Numbered from the stretch's first letter, positions 9,010 to 21,165 are shown. The stretch is DNA of 30,403 bases from Veleropilina oligotropha (GCA_048128005.1 JBEUKZ010000010.1:992001-1022403), one strand, 5' to 3'. Numbers and translations: made by a program. Notes: generated by a model not told the origin, from the letters alone.

Positions 9010-9216
9010 AACTTTGAATTGAGGTCTTATGACTTCTATTGTTCAGAAGTCTCGCGAGACTTGGCGAAGTCTCGCTAGGAACGTGATGGGGGAGGAGCAG
9101 GGGAGGTAACCGTGTACGTTTTTGACTTGTTAAGAGTGCATTATGGGACATATTCACTATTTCCGGTTTGGCGATAATATAACTATTATGGCAAGAGTAA
9201 GGACGTAAGTATGTTT
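9010..9216. repeat. DIRS 5' inverted terminal repeat (207 bp)
   Basis: Reverse complement of 1811-2017. Confidence 0.95.
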
Positions 9217-9971
9217 GTAACTATATATTCAATTTGGACTAGAGGCTAAATGTACCAAAATCACAATCACATTTCATAACCTGCCACAATGATGCCACAC
9301 CTATACAGGTCTATTACTGGTTGTCTTATATTCCCATAGGGTCATATTAACAATAAAAAATGGATGTAGGTTTATGTAGGCACAAGGCAACATAGGGGCA
9401 AACCATACCATAACATTTAGTTAGTTGGCTTTTACAATTGATGTTTTTGTATAAAGATGAAATCTAGACTATTTTTGTTTGTATTGCATACTAATTGTTT
9501 TTAGAGGAGCAACACCTCAAGAAGTGATTCTGACCGTCCTTTTTTGAAAACCTGATTTAGCATTGTTTTATCCATTCTGAGAGTCTTTGTCTATAGTACG
9601 AAAGCAGTATTACATGATCATCTTCCAAGAATTGATAGGGCTTAACATGTTATTTACTTTATTTATCTGACAACAAACATTCCACTCGATGACGTTTTTT
9701 ATATTTATGGAGAAAAAGATTGTAAGAAAACATCTGTATTTAAAATTCAAAGATTTGTCATCAGTTTATAGGCTAATACTCCTGATAATGACATGTATAC
9801 ATATAAATTCATACGTGGCATCAATTTGGAAAAATACATTACTCCGTTGTTAGTTAGTGCCGACTGTGAAAAATTTCAGTTCATTGACAAATTAGTGAAT
9901 GTCCCTGTAGCATCAGTTGATTGTTCCAGACTACTTTTCATTACACTGACTGTCCAAGTCCTCTTTTTCGT

Positions 9972-10215
9972 GACCGCCCCGGTAGTCGTGGTCTAGAGTG
10001 ACGACTGAAGTCACTGGCCCAATTGTGCTAACTAACTGGAGTGGGTTTGAATCTCGGTTGGGGCATTGATTTTCTTTGTTCAGTTGAGTTGTCAATCACA
10101 GTTGTCTTTAACTGACCTGAGAGGGCGGGTTTCTCCCGGCGATACTATAGAATGTCCAGCCTGGAACCTGAAAGTTGTAAATATACAGGATATTAAGCAT
10201 CGATCCATTTCAATC
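9972..10215 (+). mobile_element. tRNA-derived SINE, diverged copy
   Basis: Colinear with 15345-15605 (AATCACAGTTGTC, GAGGGCGGGTTT, GTTGTAAATATACAGGA.ATTAAGCATC). Confidence 0.75.
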
Positions 10216-10836
10216 TTTCTTGATCGTAATCTTGAGAAATATCGCTTTAGTCTGAATATTTTGACGACTATTCATATGCCAGTCATGTCTGCAGATATCC
10301 ATTTGGTTGATTTGGGCTAAATTAATCTGTATATTTTGAAAATGTACAGTTCCAGTAGATCTAGGATTACCGGTGTGTTTTATTTCTTGCAATTTTGAAA
10401 CAAATATATTTAAATATTTTGCAATTGTTTGGATGTTGATGAAAGTACAGATTGTATGGCATAATGCATTGTACTAACTTTAATTATGTAGCATATGGGG
10501 CTTGTCTACGGATTCAAGTGTTAGTGATTCAAATCCATTGCCCACAGTGTCTATTTTATCGGATAAACATACTTTGTAATATAAACTATTTACTATCATT
10601 TATGTGACAATGTCTCTCTTTTTGTATCCACCAGGAAAGTGATGGGGCTAATTATCGCCGCTATTTCTCATTAATGCTTTGCAGATATCTGGAGCCTATT
10701 CTGTGTTTAAATGTGTATTCTATATACAAGTCTTCAGATACGCTGCCAGTCTGAGTGATTATATGGACATGCAAATCTAGGTTAAAAACTTTTCGTGGTA
10801 CAATTTGATCGATGGGTCTGTTTAGATTTATACATA

Positions 10837-11004
10837 TTATCTCGAGAGCAAAGTCTGGTCTTCCAGGAAAACCCACCCTCTACCAACCAGTTATAGAGAA
10901 ATGTGAATGGCAGTTGAACAAAGAATTCCCCAAATGAGTTTGAAACACGCTCCTATATTGAATTCACAGTCCGCACTCTGATTAACTCGGCTACCGAAGC
11001 AGCC
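10837..11004 (-). mobile_element. Old degraded copy of the same SINE family
   Basis: Minus strand reads GGCTGCTTCGGTAGC...TTTGTTCAA...AACTGGTTGGTAGAGGGTGGGTTT...GAGATAA, matching the family head and core. Confidence 0.55.
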
Positions 11005-12752
11005 AGTCTCGATGAAAGATTAAGGAAACTGTTGTAATCAGTCATATGCTTTGTTCTGTGCTTTTTCATGCTGTTTCTATGACATAACAGCACATGTGCT
11101 ACATGCGAGATAAATATATTAGATTAGGGTACAAAAATGAAATAAAATATCAATCCATTTTAGATCTGAACTGTTGTGGATTGAAGGCACTTTTTGCTTA
11201 AGATGGGGACGGCTATGGATAACAATTTTGTTAGCAAGTTAGAGTTGCAGATGTAATGTCAGATTTATAATATGAAACTACCTGAATATTTAATGCTCTC
11301 AATTTCTGCAGATCTATTAAAGGTCTGTTGAAGAATATGAAGTCTTACAATCTTCAATAAGCGGCCGTGGTTGGTCAGTGGTTAGGGATTCGAACACTCA
11401 AACGAGACTGTTGCGACCATTTGGCTAGCCAGAGTTAAGCCCAACCGGCTGCTCATTCTACAACTTAAAATAATAGAAGGCATATGCTGAGATCAGTGCA
11501 AATCAGATTGAAACCTTAAACTGGGTGCTTTGACAGTATGTGATAAGACTGAAAAACAGTCAAAAATGGGCAACCAACTATTATTAGAAACAAATATCAT
11601 TTCAACGTGAATTTTTATTTAATACATGAAAGACGAACAAAGTAGTTTTACCTGTTTTAATATCTATGGCCATGTCGATGTTATCTCGTCAGGAAAGCGT
11701 CGAATATATATATGCAAACCAACTCCTCGGACAGTTACGACCATCATCGCATGGGTGTCACTGTGTTTTATGTGTCTTCGACCGAGATTACAAATTAATA
11801 TTATATAATACTGGCACAGAAACACGGCAGTTTATCAAGTGGATTTATAACGGTGCTCTGATCACTGTTGAGGTAGCAAGGTGTAATATGCAATATAACA
11901 CCTTTCAAAGAGTAGTAACGGAATGAAATAAAAAAATTGTGAATGTGATCATCCTATCAAATGTGGGTAAAAAACATATCAAACGTTGACTGTGATCCCA
12001 ATGATATGGTCAAAGCATTGACATATATAAATATATGCAATGCATTATAACCAAATTCTGCTCGTACAGGGATATCGAAGAGATGCGGATCCGACGAAAG
12101 GGGCAAGGCATACCCAACGGGGCCTATACATGGTGCTCTAAACCACCAACAGACGGACTAAAAGCAGGGCCGTGCGGGTCGATGGCACATAGTGATCACA
12201 TAACGATTGTACACAGTTTGAAAAAAGTAATTCATGTGTATTCGAAATTATTAAATCCTTATTGTTGTTTAATAAAGATTTGTGTCGTCGATGACAAGCT
12301 CGTTTCCATTCTGGGGGCAGTCGTCACTGACTCCGTGAATCTTAGGCCTATTTATTTACCAGACACATGCACGCAATATATTATATGTTCCGTCTGCGTT
12401 TTCGCTGATAAAAGTCAGTCTACAAATCGTGTCGTTGTTCAACAGAAGTTTTATTAATTAGTCGTAATTCCTTCCTATAACTCTCTAACCTGCGATAACA
12501 TTTGTTCTACCAGCCATTAATTTTGTTTATATGCCAGAAACCCCACGTGACCTCCGGTACTATATATAGAACGTCCTATTTCTAATTTCAGGCCGGCTAA
12601 ATTTAGTTAACGAGATAGCCGATTTGTTATATCGCGATAACAGCGATGAAATGTTTTATAAAAGGCCGAAAAATTTTCTACCATTATAATAAACATATTT
12701 CTACATAGTAACATGCTTTTTAAAGAAATGTGAAAGTGAGGGTGCAACTTTA

Positions 12753-13470
12753 ACTTCGTCCAGCTCTGCGAGAGACAGGTTAGTAAAGCAAACAGACTAC
12801 TCGGTCTTATCAGGATATCGTACTCGTACATTGATGCGGACGTATTCAAGAAACTATACATTGGACTAGTTCGACCCCATCTGGAATATGCAATTGTTGT
12901 CTGGTCATGCACCTAGAAACCTCTAGGAAATGCAACTTATAGAATGTGTCCAGAGAAGAGCAACGAAACTAGTTCCCTGTCTGGGTAAACTAGATTACAA
13001 AGACAGGTTGGTGAAGTTGAAATTACCAAGTATGTACTACTGAAGAGTAAGAGGAGACATGATTCAAGTATTCCAGTTCCTGCACAGAAATTGTAAAATG
13101 AACCAAAATTTCCTGGTCATAAATGATCAAACATCAACTAGAGGAAATTCCTGCAAATTACAGAAGAGCCACTCAAATCTGGAGGTAAGAGTGAGACGTC
13201 ACTTCTTTGCACAGGGGCATGTAACTCTGCTTATCGTTCATCTGTTTCCCGTTGACATTTAGCGCAGTTCATTGTTACTATATAATATAGACTATATTAT
13301 ATAGTAACAATGAACTGCGCTAATCGTCAAACGGAAACAGACGAACGATAAGCAGAGTTACATGCCCCTGTGCTTCTTTGGGAACCGAGTGTTAAACAGC
13401 TGGAACAGCCTTCCAAATGAAGTTGTCACTGCTAACTGCGTAAACTCATTCAAAGAGAGACTTGACACTG
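12753..13470 (+). pseudogene. CR1-clade LINE ORF2 3' fragment, interrupted by a MITE
   Basis: Translates, with stops and frameshifts, to KANRLLGLI..LVRPHLEYAIVVW..ECVQRRATKLVP..RGDMIQVF..TRGNS.KL..HFF/NRV.NSWNSLP.EVV.A..VNSFKERLD. Confidence 0.9.
13210..13372. mobile_element. Fully palindromic MITE (163 bp), CACAG..CTGTG ends, 8-bp TSD CTTCTTTG
   Basis: TSD at 13202-13209 and 13373-13380; ~80-bp near-perfect arms. Removing it restores the CR1 HFFGNRV sequence. Confidence 0.92.
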
Positions 13471-13495
13471 GAGCGGCATAATCCTGGGCACAGAC

Positions 13496-13648
13496 CACGG
13501 GCCATTGACGCTTAAACCAGAAATATGAGCGAAATCCATCATCGACTTGCTACCCACCCACTGATTACGTATAATATAATCAGTGGGTGGGTAGCAAGTC
13601 GATGATGGATTTCGCTCATATTTCTGGTTTAAGCATCAATGGCCCGTG
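13496..13648. mobile_element. Fully palindromic MITE (153 bp), CACGG..CCGTG ends, 8-bp TSD GCACAGAC
   Basis: TSD at 13488-13495 and 13649-13656; ~72-bp arms with one mismatch. Confidence 0.92.
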
Positions 13649-13734
13649 GCACAGACGATAATAAAGAAACAAGATATAACTTAAGTTCAAAGGAATGTTA
13701 TTAAAATGAGTAAAGTAAGAATAATGTGAAAATC

Positions 13735-13848
13735 AACAAAAGGCTTGCCCTAAGAAGTTGCCGCCGATTAGTTACAGACGGACGGACAGACAAACCGACC
13801 CGATTGCAATACATTATCCCACCACTACGTGAGCGAAGGTAATTTTTA
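13735..13848 (+). mobile_element. Possible short HINE-like remnant
   Basis: AACAA start, GACGGACGGACAGAC microsatellite and degraded tail. Boundaries are uncertain. Confidence 0.3.
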
Positions 13849-14495
13849 TTTAACAAAAAACTGCGATCATCGTCCATCGTAAACAGACCAACGGAAAGCA
13901 GCGTACCATGCCCCGTCAAAGTCACGGCCTGTGGAATGCATAATTTTTCTTCATGACGCAATCAATGATCCAGATGATTCTTATGAAGTACGTCACTGAC
14001 TCACGTGTGTTATTTACTTATAAGTTATATAGACTCACTGTGAGATGATTAGCAATCAAATTAACTCGACGTTTACCAGACATTAATGATAACAAATCTT
14101 TGCTTCCTTCGTTGTTTGCTTTTCAAGAGGAATTTGTACCTTTCATTTGTTGCGTACGCAGTCGTTGGTTATTTTTATATTGCCTGGGATTCCCCATTGG
14201 TATACTAGTATCTCATTTGATAATCTAGTCCTAGTTCGTTTTCCTTTTTAAAATAAGCATTTATAAAATAAGCAGCGCTAACTGAACAGATGTTTAGTTC
14301 GCAATTTAATATGTATGTCCATGTAGAAACTCACCTCCGATATATGTTTTTCTGATCGGATATGATCTTAACCTCGTGATCCTGATTGCGATGTGACTGG
14401 ATATAACTGCTAAAACGGACCACATAATTTGGATCCGCATATTATTAATATTATGATTTGATTCGAATCAGTTTATTTTTCTACACTATTTTAAC

Positions 14496-14572
14496 CACAG
14501 GTGCTCGTTAACTAAACTCTACATAATATATATATATAATATTATGTAGAGTTTAGTTAACGAGCACCTGTG
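14496..14572. mobile_element. Fully palindromic mini-MITE (77 bp), CACAG..CTGTG ends, 8-bp TSD ATTTTAAC
   Basis: TSD at 14488-14495 and 14573-14580; perfect ~33-bp arms around a TA-rich centre. Confidence 0.92.
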
Positions 14573-15344
14573 ATTTTAACAGCTTTCGATCGTTTCGTTG
14601 TCAACTTCGGTTTAACGTTTTCCTGTGAACGACGCAAAGCTGATTTTGTTATCCTTCCTATATTTATACTAGAATGATCCACGCCGGTGGCAGGGGCCAA
14701 CTGTCCCACGAAACGTTCTAGTAGTTGATCTATCGAAGAAAAAATACAAACTGAATGGAGATGGAAAAAATCCCCAGAAACTCTGGAATCGAACTCCTGT
14801 CTCTAGTTCCGCGGTCCAGCATCAGCATTTCAGAGTTTCTGATATGAGAATGTTATTTCATATAGTATGCGCGCATTATTATTGTGTTTCATAGGCCTAT
14901 ACAAAAGGAAAAAGACAGATAAAAACAAATGTATACGAAGATTATAATTATGTAGATGACCATTTACTTAAAAAAACCTATTATTCCAAGATAACAATCT
15001 AGAAGAAGAGAAGTCCAAATGAGGATATAATCAAATCAAATTTCCTAGTGTATTAAAAACGAACTTAAAGAGGTCAATTACACAGTATGAACCCATAAAA
15101 TTTAACCCTAAAACCAGTTCACGTTTTCATTATTATATGACATTTGATTTGCGGAAATACCAGAAATTTTAATTATTTTTTACTTTTCACTGAATTATGA
15201 CATTTTTAAATTTGGGTAACCACATTCCCTCGACGACATGCCACAAAATTGTATGCAATTGAAGAAAATCGCATTTGCATGCCAGTGTCCCATCCATGAT
15301 TACTATCATAGGCTTATAATCTTGCGATGTTCTTCGTTTTCTGA

Positions 15345-15605
15345 AGGCCGCTTCGGCAGCGCAGTGGGTAGAGTGTCCGCTCTAAATTCACTGGCTTGAT
15401 TCCGCTAATGCGAACAGTAGTGGGTTCAATGCCTGCCTGAGGCATTGAAATTTGTTCAAGTTATGAATCACAGTTGTCCGTGACTGGCCGAAGAGGGCGG
15501 GTTTATCCGGGCGACAGGGGTTTCCTCCCGCGATAACACGGACATGTCCTGCCTTGAACCTCGATGTTGTAAATATACAGGACATTAAGCATCATTCCTC
15601 CCTCC
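15345..15605 (+). mobile_element. Full-length tRNA-derived SINE with V-domain-like core
   Basis: A-box-like GCAGCGCAGTGG, B-box-like GGTTCAATGCC, core GGGTTTATCCGGGCGACAGGGGTTTCCTCCC, (CCTC)n tail, and TSD TTTTCTGA (15337-15344 / 15606-15613). Confidence 0.88.
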
Positions 15606-15629
15606 TTTTCTGAATTTTGTGACTTATAA

Positions 15630-15920
15630 AGCCCCGTTTCCCCTACCAAATATAATCCGGTTTGAATTCGCATTATTTTAATCCGAATTAAGTTTTGCGT
15701 GTGTAGACGCAAATAATTCGACTGGAACCGGTTTAAAATAATCCACCTTATGGTGTGGTTTGAAACAGGATTAAATGTTTTAATCCGACTTATCTGGTAG
15801 GTTCGACAAATGAAATTTCAGGTTGAAAGTTTGTCGACTTCATGCTACTTCGACTTGAATATGCAATCGGATTACATCAAATTAAGTGGGGATTATAGTT
15901 GATTAGTTGGGAACCCACAC
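15630..15920. mobile_element. Possible Harbinger/Tourist-like MITE remnant
   Basis: TAA followed by AGCCCCGTTTCC, with repeated TAATCC/GGATTA motifs. The right end is degenerate. Confidence 0.3.
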
Positions 15921-16872
15921 TAGCATGATCCTAAATCTAAAAATTATAGATAAAATCTATATTTATTTTAATGTAAAACAAATTACTAACAACGTACGAA
16001 ACGATGAACGTCATAACATGTACAATCTATGCGTATCCCGAGTAGCAGTTGATAGGCCTTTCGTAGCGTTTCGTGTGATACATTGCGCGAATTGAAAGAA
16101 ACACCCCTTTCATTCCGAAAGACCGATTCGGTGGAAAATCTGGCATGAGTTTGATTCTTCAACATACTTTATTAATGCGGGTGTCACACATTCCCGATTT
16201 TGCTCCACGATCACCTGACGATGTGAAGAGTGAAAAAATCGCGAGTCCCTCGCGAAAGGTTTTGAAGCACTTGTCAGGCTCTGATATAGGACTTATGTGG
16301 TCTTCAGTGTGTTTTGAAGACGTGAGAAGTCGGCAAACTCTCACGAACATTTTGACCCTGCTCAAAACAATCGTGAGATTCAGCCGATCTACCTTCGTCG
16401 GGTAGCGGACGCCAATCCGTCGTCAACTGCTCTTAAATGGTCTTGACGGTCGTGAGTCGCTCGTTACATCATCTTAAAGTGGACTTAATGGTCGGGAGTG
16501 ATGGGAGTGTGGCGTGCCACTCAAGACCGATTAAAGCGACACACGAGCAAAACGTGCAACTGACGATTGCATCCCGAGGTATTGACGTACAACTGACGTT
16601 ATTATGCGTTCGACTAAAGTCTGCCCCGGCTCACTTACGATGGTTTTAAGACCGCTTGAAGATGGTAAAAGAGTGACAACAGATATATCTGTCCTATTGA
16701 CGTTGTACTCAAGTTAGCTTCAAAAACACCGCAATACCAATAAACAAACGGTTGCCAAGACGACACATCCTGCTCACTTTTAGTATAATTAGGCTACTCA
16801 GTATGTGTGCGTCATTCAGCCGTAGTCATTTGAGCAGTCAACATGAATGCTCGTAGGCTTGTGGATAGATGT

Positions 16873-17484
16873 TCTTGTGGATAGATGTAGGACCTGATGG
16901 TGACTCAGATCTATAATGATTCTGAGTTGAAGGAAGCTCTTGACAACCATACCATCGGCTTCCCTGACCCTGAACCATTACATGGTGACAACAGAGATAT
17001 GCCATTCTTCTTTCTTGGAGATGATGCCTTCGTTCTGCGGACTAATTTGATGAAGCCATTCAGTATCCGTGGTATGACGATGGAAGAACGGATCTTCAAT
17101 TACCGCCTTTCACGAGGACACAGGGTTGTGGAAAATGCATTTGGCATCCTGGCTCAGAGGTTTCAAGTCCTACTGTCTACAATGCAGCAAGATCCGGATA
17201 CAGTGAGGATTATTGTCCAAGCTTGTGTATGCCTCCACAACCTTATAAGGATCCGATACCCGGCCCTGCAGCCTGGAGCAGTGGATGTTGAAGATCATCA
17301 GAATAGATTAGTCATCCCTGGTGAATGGAGGCGGGGGCGAAATATGCAAGATGTGGTGAATGTAGAAGCTCCCAATCGTGACAGCAAGAAGGCTAAGAAG
17401 CAGAGGCTCTACCTGAAGCACTACCTGGATTCACCAGCTGGCTCACTTCCATGGCAGGACAGAATGATTCAACCAACACATTGA
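16873..17484 (+). pseudogene. Harbinger (HARBI1-like, DDE_Tnp_4) transposase, C-terminal fragment
   Basis: LWIDVG..D.QIYN.SEL, FLGDDAF.L...LMKPF, FNYRLSR..RVVENAFGILAQRF, ACVCLHN. The N-terminal half, including the first catalytic D, is absent. Confidence 0.9.
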
Positions 17485-17607
17485 GAAAACTTAGCATATA
17501 ACTGTGTCACATCTTTCCTTAGACCATTAAATGACCAGAGTAATTTCGGGTGTGACATGTCATATTTTATGTTGTTCTTTGTATTGGATTACGCATAATT
17601 TTTACTG

Positions 17608-17785
17608 GGCCGCTTCGACAGTACAGTGGTACGGTTGTGGAACAGTAGTGGGTTCGACCCCAGGCTGATCACACATTTGTTCAAATTATGAATCACAGTT
17701 GTCCGTAACTGGTCGGAGAGGGCAGGTTTACCCGGGCGACCGGGCTTTCCTCCCGCGATAAAACGGATATGTCCTGGTTTGAACC
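17608..17785 (+). mobile_element. SINE copy, internally deleted and 3'-truncated
   Basis: GGCCGCTTCGACAG head, GGTTCGACCCC B-box, and core matching 15345-15605. Confidence 0.8.
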
Positions 17786-18162
17786 AAATGATGGATGACG
17801 GCACTGGTCAATGGATTGACCATTGAGGCCACGCCCTCAATATTGATCAGCTGATGTCGATGTTTCCTTTTCGGATAATAATTACATAACAAAGAAGATG
17901 GTAAACATATTTGATTACACAATAAATGTTTATAGACTAATTACGAACTGCTAATACATGTAGCATTTGATTGAACACTGGTATTTACAAGCAATGTTTG
18001 CGTTTCTGTAATTGACCTCTTTTGCATGACGTCATTGATATGGAAATGCATTTGTGTGACGTACCTCTGTTTGACACTTGACAACAACGTTATAATAAGT
18101 ATAATTTCTAAATTAGTTATTTTATTGCATGCGAATATATACTAGAAAAGTTATATTTATAA

Positions 18163-18285
<123 letters not shown>

Positions 18286-18904
18286 GCATACATGTATATA
18301 CAATGACACACATATATGCACGCACATTCATGTGCACGCACACACATATGTGCACACGTACATCTATTTATAACTAACAAGTATTATTATATTATTCTGG
18401 AAACTATAAACATTCCTATTCCGAATGACCAAATGTTTCTATAATTTTATTACAGGCTGACCTGAGGAATGCAAGCTGGGTTCGAGTGTACCCCCCCCTC
18501 CCCCCCCCCCCCAATTTCTCATTTATTTGGTATATAGTGGTATTAGATTTTTGTTACATATTTCAATTTATGGACAAGCATGGTAATTATGACCAAATAT
18601 TGTTCCACATTTTATCTGTAAATTTATAATATGACATATATCTAAAAATATATTAAAATTTTTATTTTTTATTTTTTGTAATTATTATTTGTGAGCCACC
18701 CTGTAAAAATATGATGTAACAATGGAGCCATTACACAACATTACTTTAAAGATCATTCTATTATCTTTCATGTGATATATAGTTTGTATGGGATGTGGGC
18801 AGGAATATGTGCCATATAGATCGGCTGAATCTCACGATTGTTTTGAGCAGGGTCAAAATGTTCGTGAGAGTTTGCCGACTTCTCACGTCTTCAAAACAAT
18901 CCGG

Positions 18905-19315
18905 ATATGGTTCGTGTTGGGTTCATGTTGGGTTCGGGACAGTTCGTAGTGAATCCGTAGTGGCAACGTGATGATACTTGACGATACTTGGCGATACGGC
19001 ATACTTTTCCCAACACGTTGTTGCCACGTACCACCCAGGACCACCCCGGACACAACACGGCGTCACCACGAACCACCACGAACCACCACGGACATACCAA
19101 GGATTTACTACGGATTACAAAGTTTTTCCCGATTCACCACGAACCCAACACGGTTTGACCCGAACAATCACGGATTTAACACGGACCCAGCACGGTAGAG
19201 CTACGGACGGCCCCGAATGGGGCCGGAGGAGACACGGACGACCACGTATTACCACGAATAACCACGGATAACCACGGAAGCAACACGGCAGAGCTACGTA
19301 TGACCCCGGACTAGA
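18905..19315. repeat. Left subterminal array of ~10-11-bp CACG(G/A)ACC-type motifs
   Basis: Repeated CACGAACC/CACGGACCC/CAACACGG motifs, mirrored at 23545-23810. Confidence 0.8.
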
Positions 19316-19366
19316 CAAGACGGCCACTTTTCACCCCGGAGCGCACAGGACCAGAGTTGGAAACCA

Positions 19367-19374
19367 TATAAAAA
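19367..19374 (+). promoter_or_regulatory. TATA box of Harbinger B transposase
   Basis: TATAAAAA ~60 bp upstream of GTCAAC-ATG (19427). Confidence 0.55.
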
Positions 19375-19426
19375 GGGGTCAATTTTCATTATGATCACTT
19401 CTGTCTTCAACTTCCAACGCGTCAAC

Positions 19427-20770
19427 ATGTCGAGCCTCACGATGGAGAAACGATTGATACATATGCAGATGCAGCTGAAGCTGAACCAGCAGCAGAATGA
19501 AAACGCAATTTTAATTGCGAAAGCGAAAGAACGATTGGAAAATATTAAAGAAGAACGAAGACAGAAGAGTGCCCTTGAAGCCAGAAAACGAAAAGCTAAG
19601 AAGATACGAAGCATTTGGGTCAGAAAATGGTTGTTACGCAGACCTGAGCTGGGACAGTACTCGCGGCTCCTACGTGAACTAAAGAAGGAGGACAACAAGG
19701 GCTACCGGAATTTCCTTAGAGTTGACTACAAGGAGTTCCAGGAAATTCTACAACGCATTGAGGGTCGTATAACTAAGCAAGACACCAACTACAGGAAAGC
19801 TCTCTCTCCAGGTCTGAAACTGGCGATTACTTTGCGGTACCTGGCAGCTGGTGACAGTTATCACTCGTTGATGTACGGGTTTCGTGTCGCCCACAACACC
19901 ATCTCTCTGCTGATCCCGAAAGTGTGCGAAGCCATAATAGCGGAGTTTGCCCCAGAACACGTGTGATGTCCAACTACAACGCAACAATGGCGAAACATAT
20001 CGACGAAGTTCTCTGACCGATGGAACTTTCATCACTGTCTCGGGGCACTAGACGGAAAGCATATAGCCATCAAGTGTCCGAACAATGGGGGGTCATTGTA
20101 TCACAGCTACAAGAAATTTCACTCCATCATCCTGATGGCGCTAGTCGATGCAGAGTACAAATTCATATGGGTGGAGGTTGGCACCCATGGATCAGCAGGT
20201 GACGCCCAAGTCTTCAACAACGGGGAGCTCAAAGAGGCAATCGAGGCTCATGCTGTCAACTTTCCAGAAGCTGATGCGCTTCCAAACGATGACCACCCTA
20301 TGCCTTACTTCATCGCCGCTGATGATGCCTTCGCCTTACGATCGTGGCTGCAGAAACCCTACTCGCAGAGGCAGATGACTAAGAAGCAACGAATTTTCAA
20401 CTACAGACTTTCCAGGGCGCGCCGTATAGTGGAGAATGCCTTCGGTATTCTGGCTCATCGCTTCAGATGTCTCCTGACAACGTTGCAGCAAGATCCCACA
20501 ACAGTGACCTCCATAGTGATGGCATGCGTCTGTCTCCATAACTACCTACGAGAAAAGCATCCAGTGGCAGTTCACCTGGAAGCAGACCAGGAAGATGATG
20601 GACACAACATGATACCCGGTGTTTGGCGAACAGACACACCACTCGTTGATGGCATTTCCGATTTTGCCAACCACACCACTAGCAAAACCGCCAACAAACA
20701 GAGGCAATATCTGACGGAGTACTACTCATCTGCAGCAGGAGCTGTGCCTTGGCAGAACGACATGATCTGA
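19427..20770 (+). pseudogene. Harbinger transposase, full length, one in-frame TGA at 19964-19966
   Basis: ORFs 19391-19966 and 20096-20770 share a frame. The linker reads CPTTTQQW..WNFHHCLGALDGKHI. Other motifs: LAITLRYLA.G, AADDAF, RRIVENAFG. Confidence 0.93.
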
Positions 20771-20994
20771 ATATGATGCGAGTCGTTGTGATGAACAATA
20801 CTGATGGACAAACTATATGAACATTGATGATATATGAACATTTATAACAATATCAACATTTCATGAACTATATGAACGTTTCAATTGACTGTTTATGATG
20901 AACAATAATGATGAACAAGAATGATGAAAATATCTATATAAAACTGATGTTTTATTACAATTACTTGTAGTTCCTTTGCATTTGTAGTGTGACT

Positions 20995-21165
20995 GAATAG
21001 AAGATTTCTTGTTGACAAGTCAGCAAGAACTCTTCTTATTAAATGTGTATGATTGAATAAGAAGACTTCTTGTTGGGAACTGAGCAAGAACTCTTCTTAT
21101 TAAAAGAATGGAATGAGTGAATAAGAAGACTTCTTGTTGACAACTCAGCAGGAACTCTTCTTATT
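20995..21165 (+). repeat. Three tandem ~46-bp stem-loop repeats downstream of the transposase
   Basis: GAATAAGAAGACTTCTTGTTG..AGCAAGAACTCTTCTTATT at 20995-21040, 21055-21101 and 21119-21165. Confidence 0.85.

Larger units (their letters stand above)
1778..9228 (-). mobile_element. Full-length DIRS1-like tyrosine-recombinase retrotransposon
   Basis: Inverted terminal repeats, 3' extension (1778-1810), ICR complementary to both ends, and gag/RT-RH-MT/YR ORFs. No TSD beyond a shared AT dinucleotide. Confidence 0.97.

Noticed and set aside
10560..10780. Possible degraded LINE C-terminal remnant on the minus strand (..YTFKHRIGSRYLQ..)
   Set aside because: Too degraded to support without a search.
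11360..11440. tRNA-like A-box (TGGTCAGTGG)
   Set aside because: No cloverleaf or proper B-box spacing; at most a SINE head remnant.
12035..12752. 140-aa ORF and a possible Kolobok-like end (..GGGTGCAACT-TTAA)
   Set aside because: The ORF has no recognisable domain and no matching left terminus was found.
14667..14723. Hammerhead ribozyme (contains GAAAC-GT)
   Set aside because: Lacks the CUGANGA core.
18891..19327. T/P/R/H-rich ORFs here and at 23368-23947
   Set aside because: Translations of Harbinger subterminal repeat arrays.
19964..21165. Selenocysteine recoding of the transposase TGA using the 3' hairpins as SECIS
   Set aside because: The hairpins lack the AUGA/GA quartet and apical AA motif, and the position is not a recognisable conserved Cys. 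A CpG-type nonsense mutation is simpler.
20995..21165. CRISPR-like repeat-spacer look
   Set aside because: Eukaryotic transposon context, only three degenerate repeats, 14-17-nt spacers and no cas genes.
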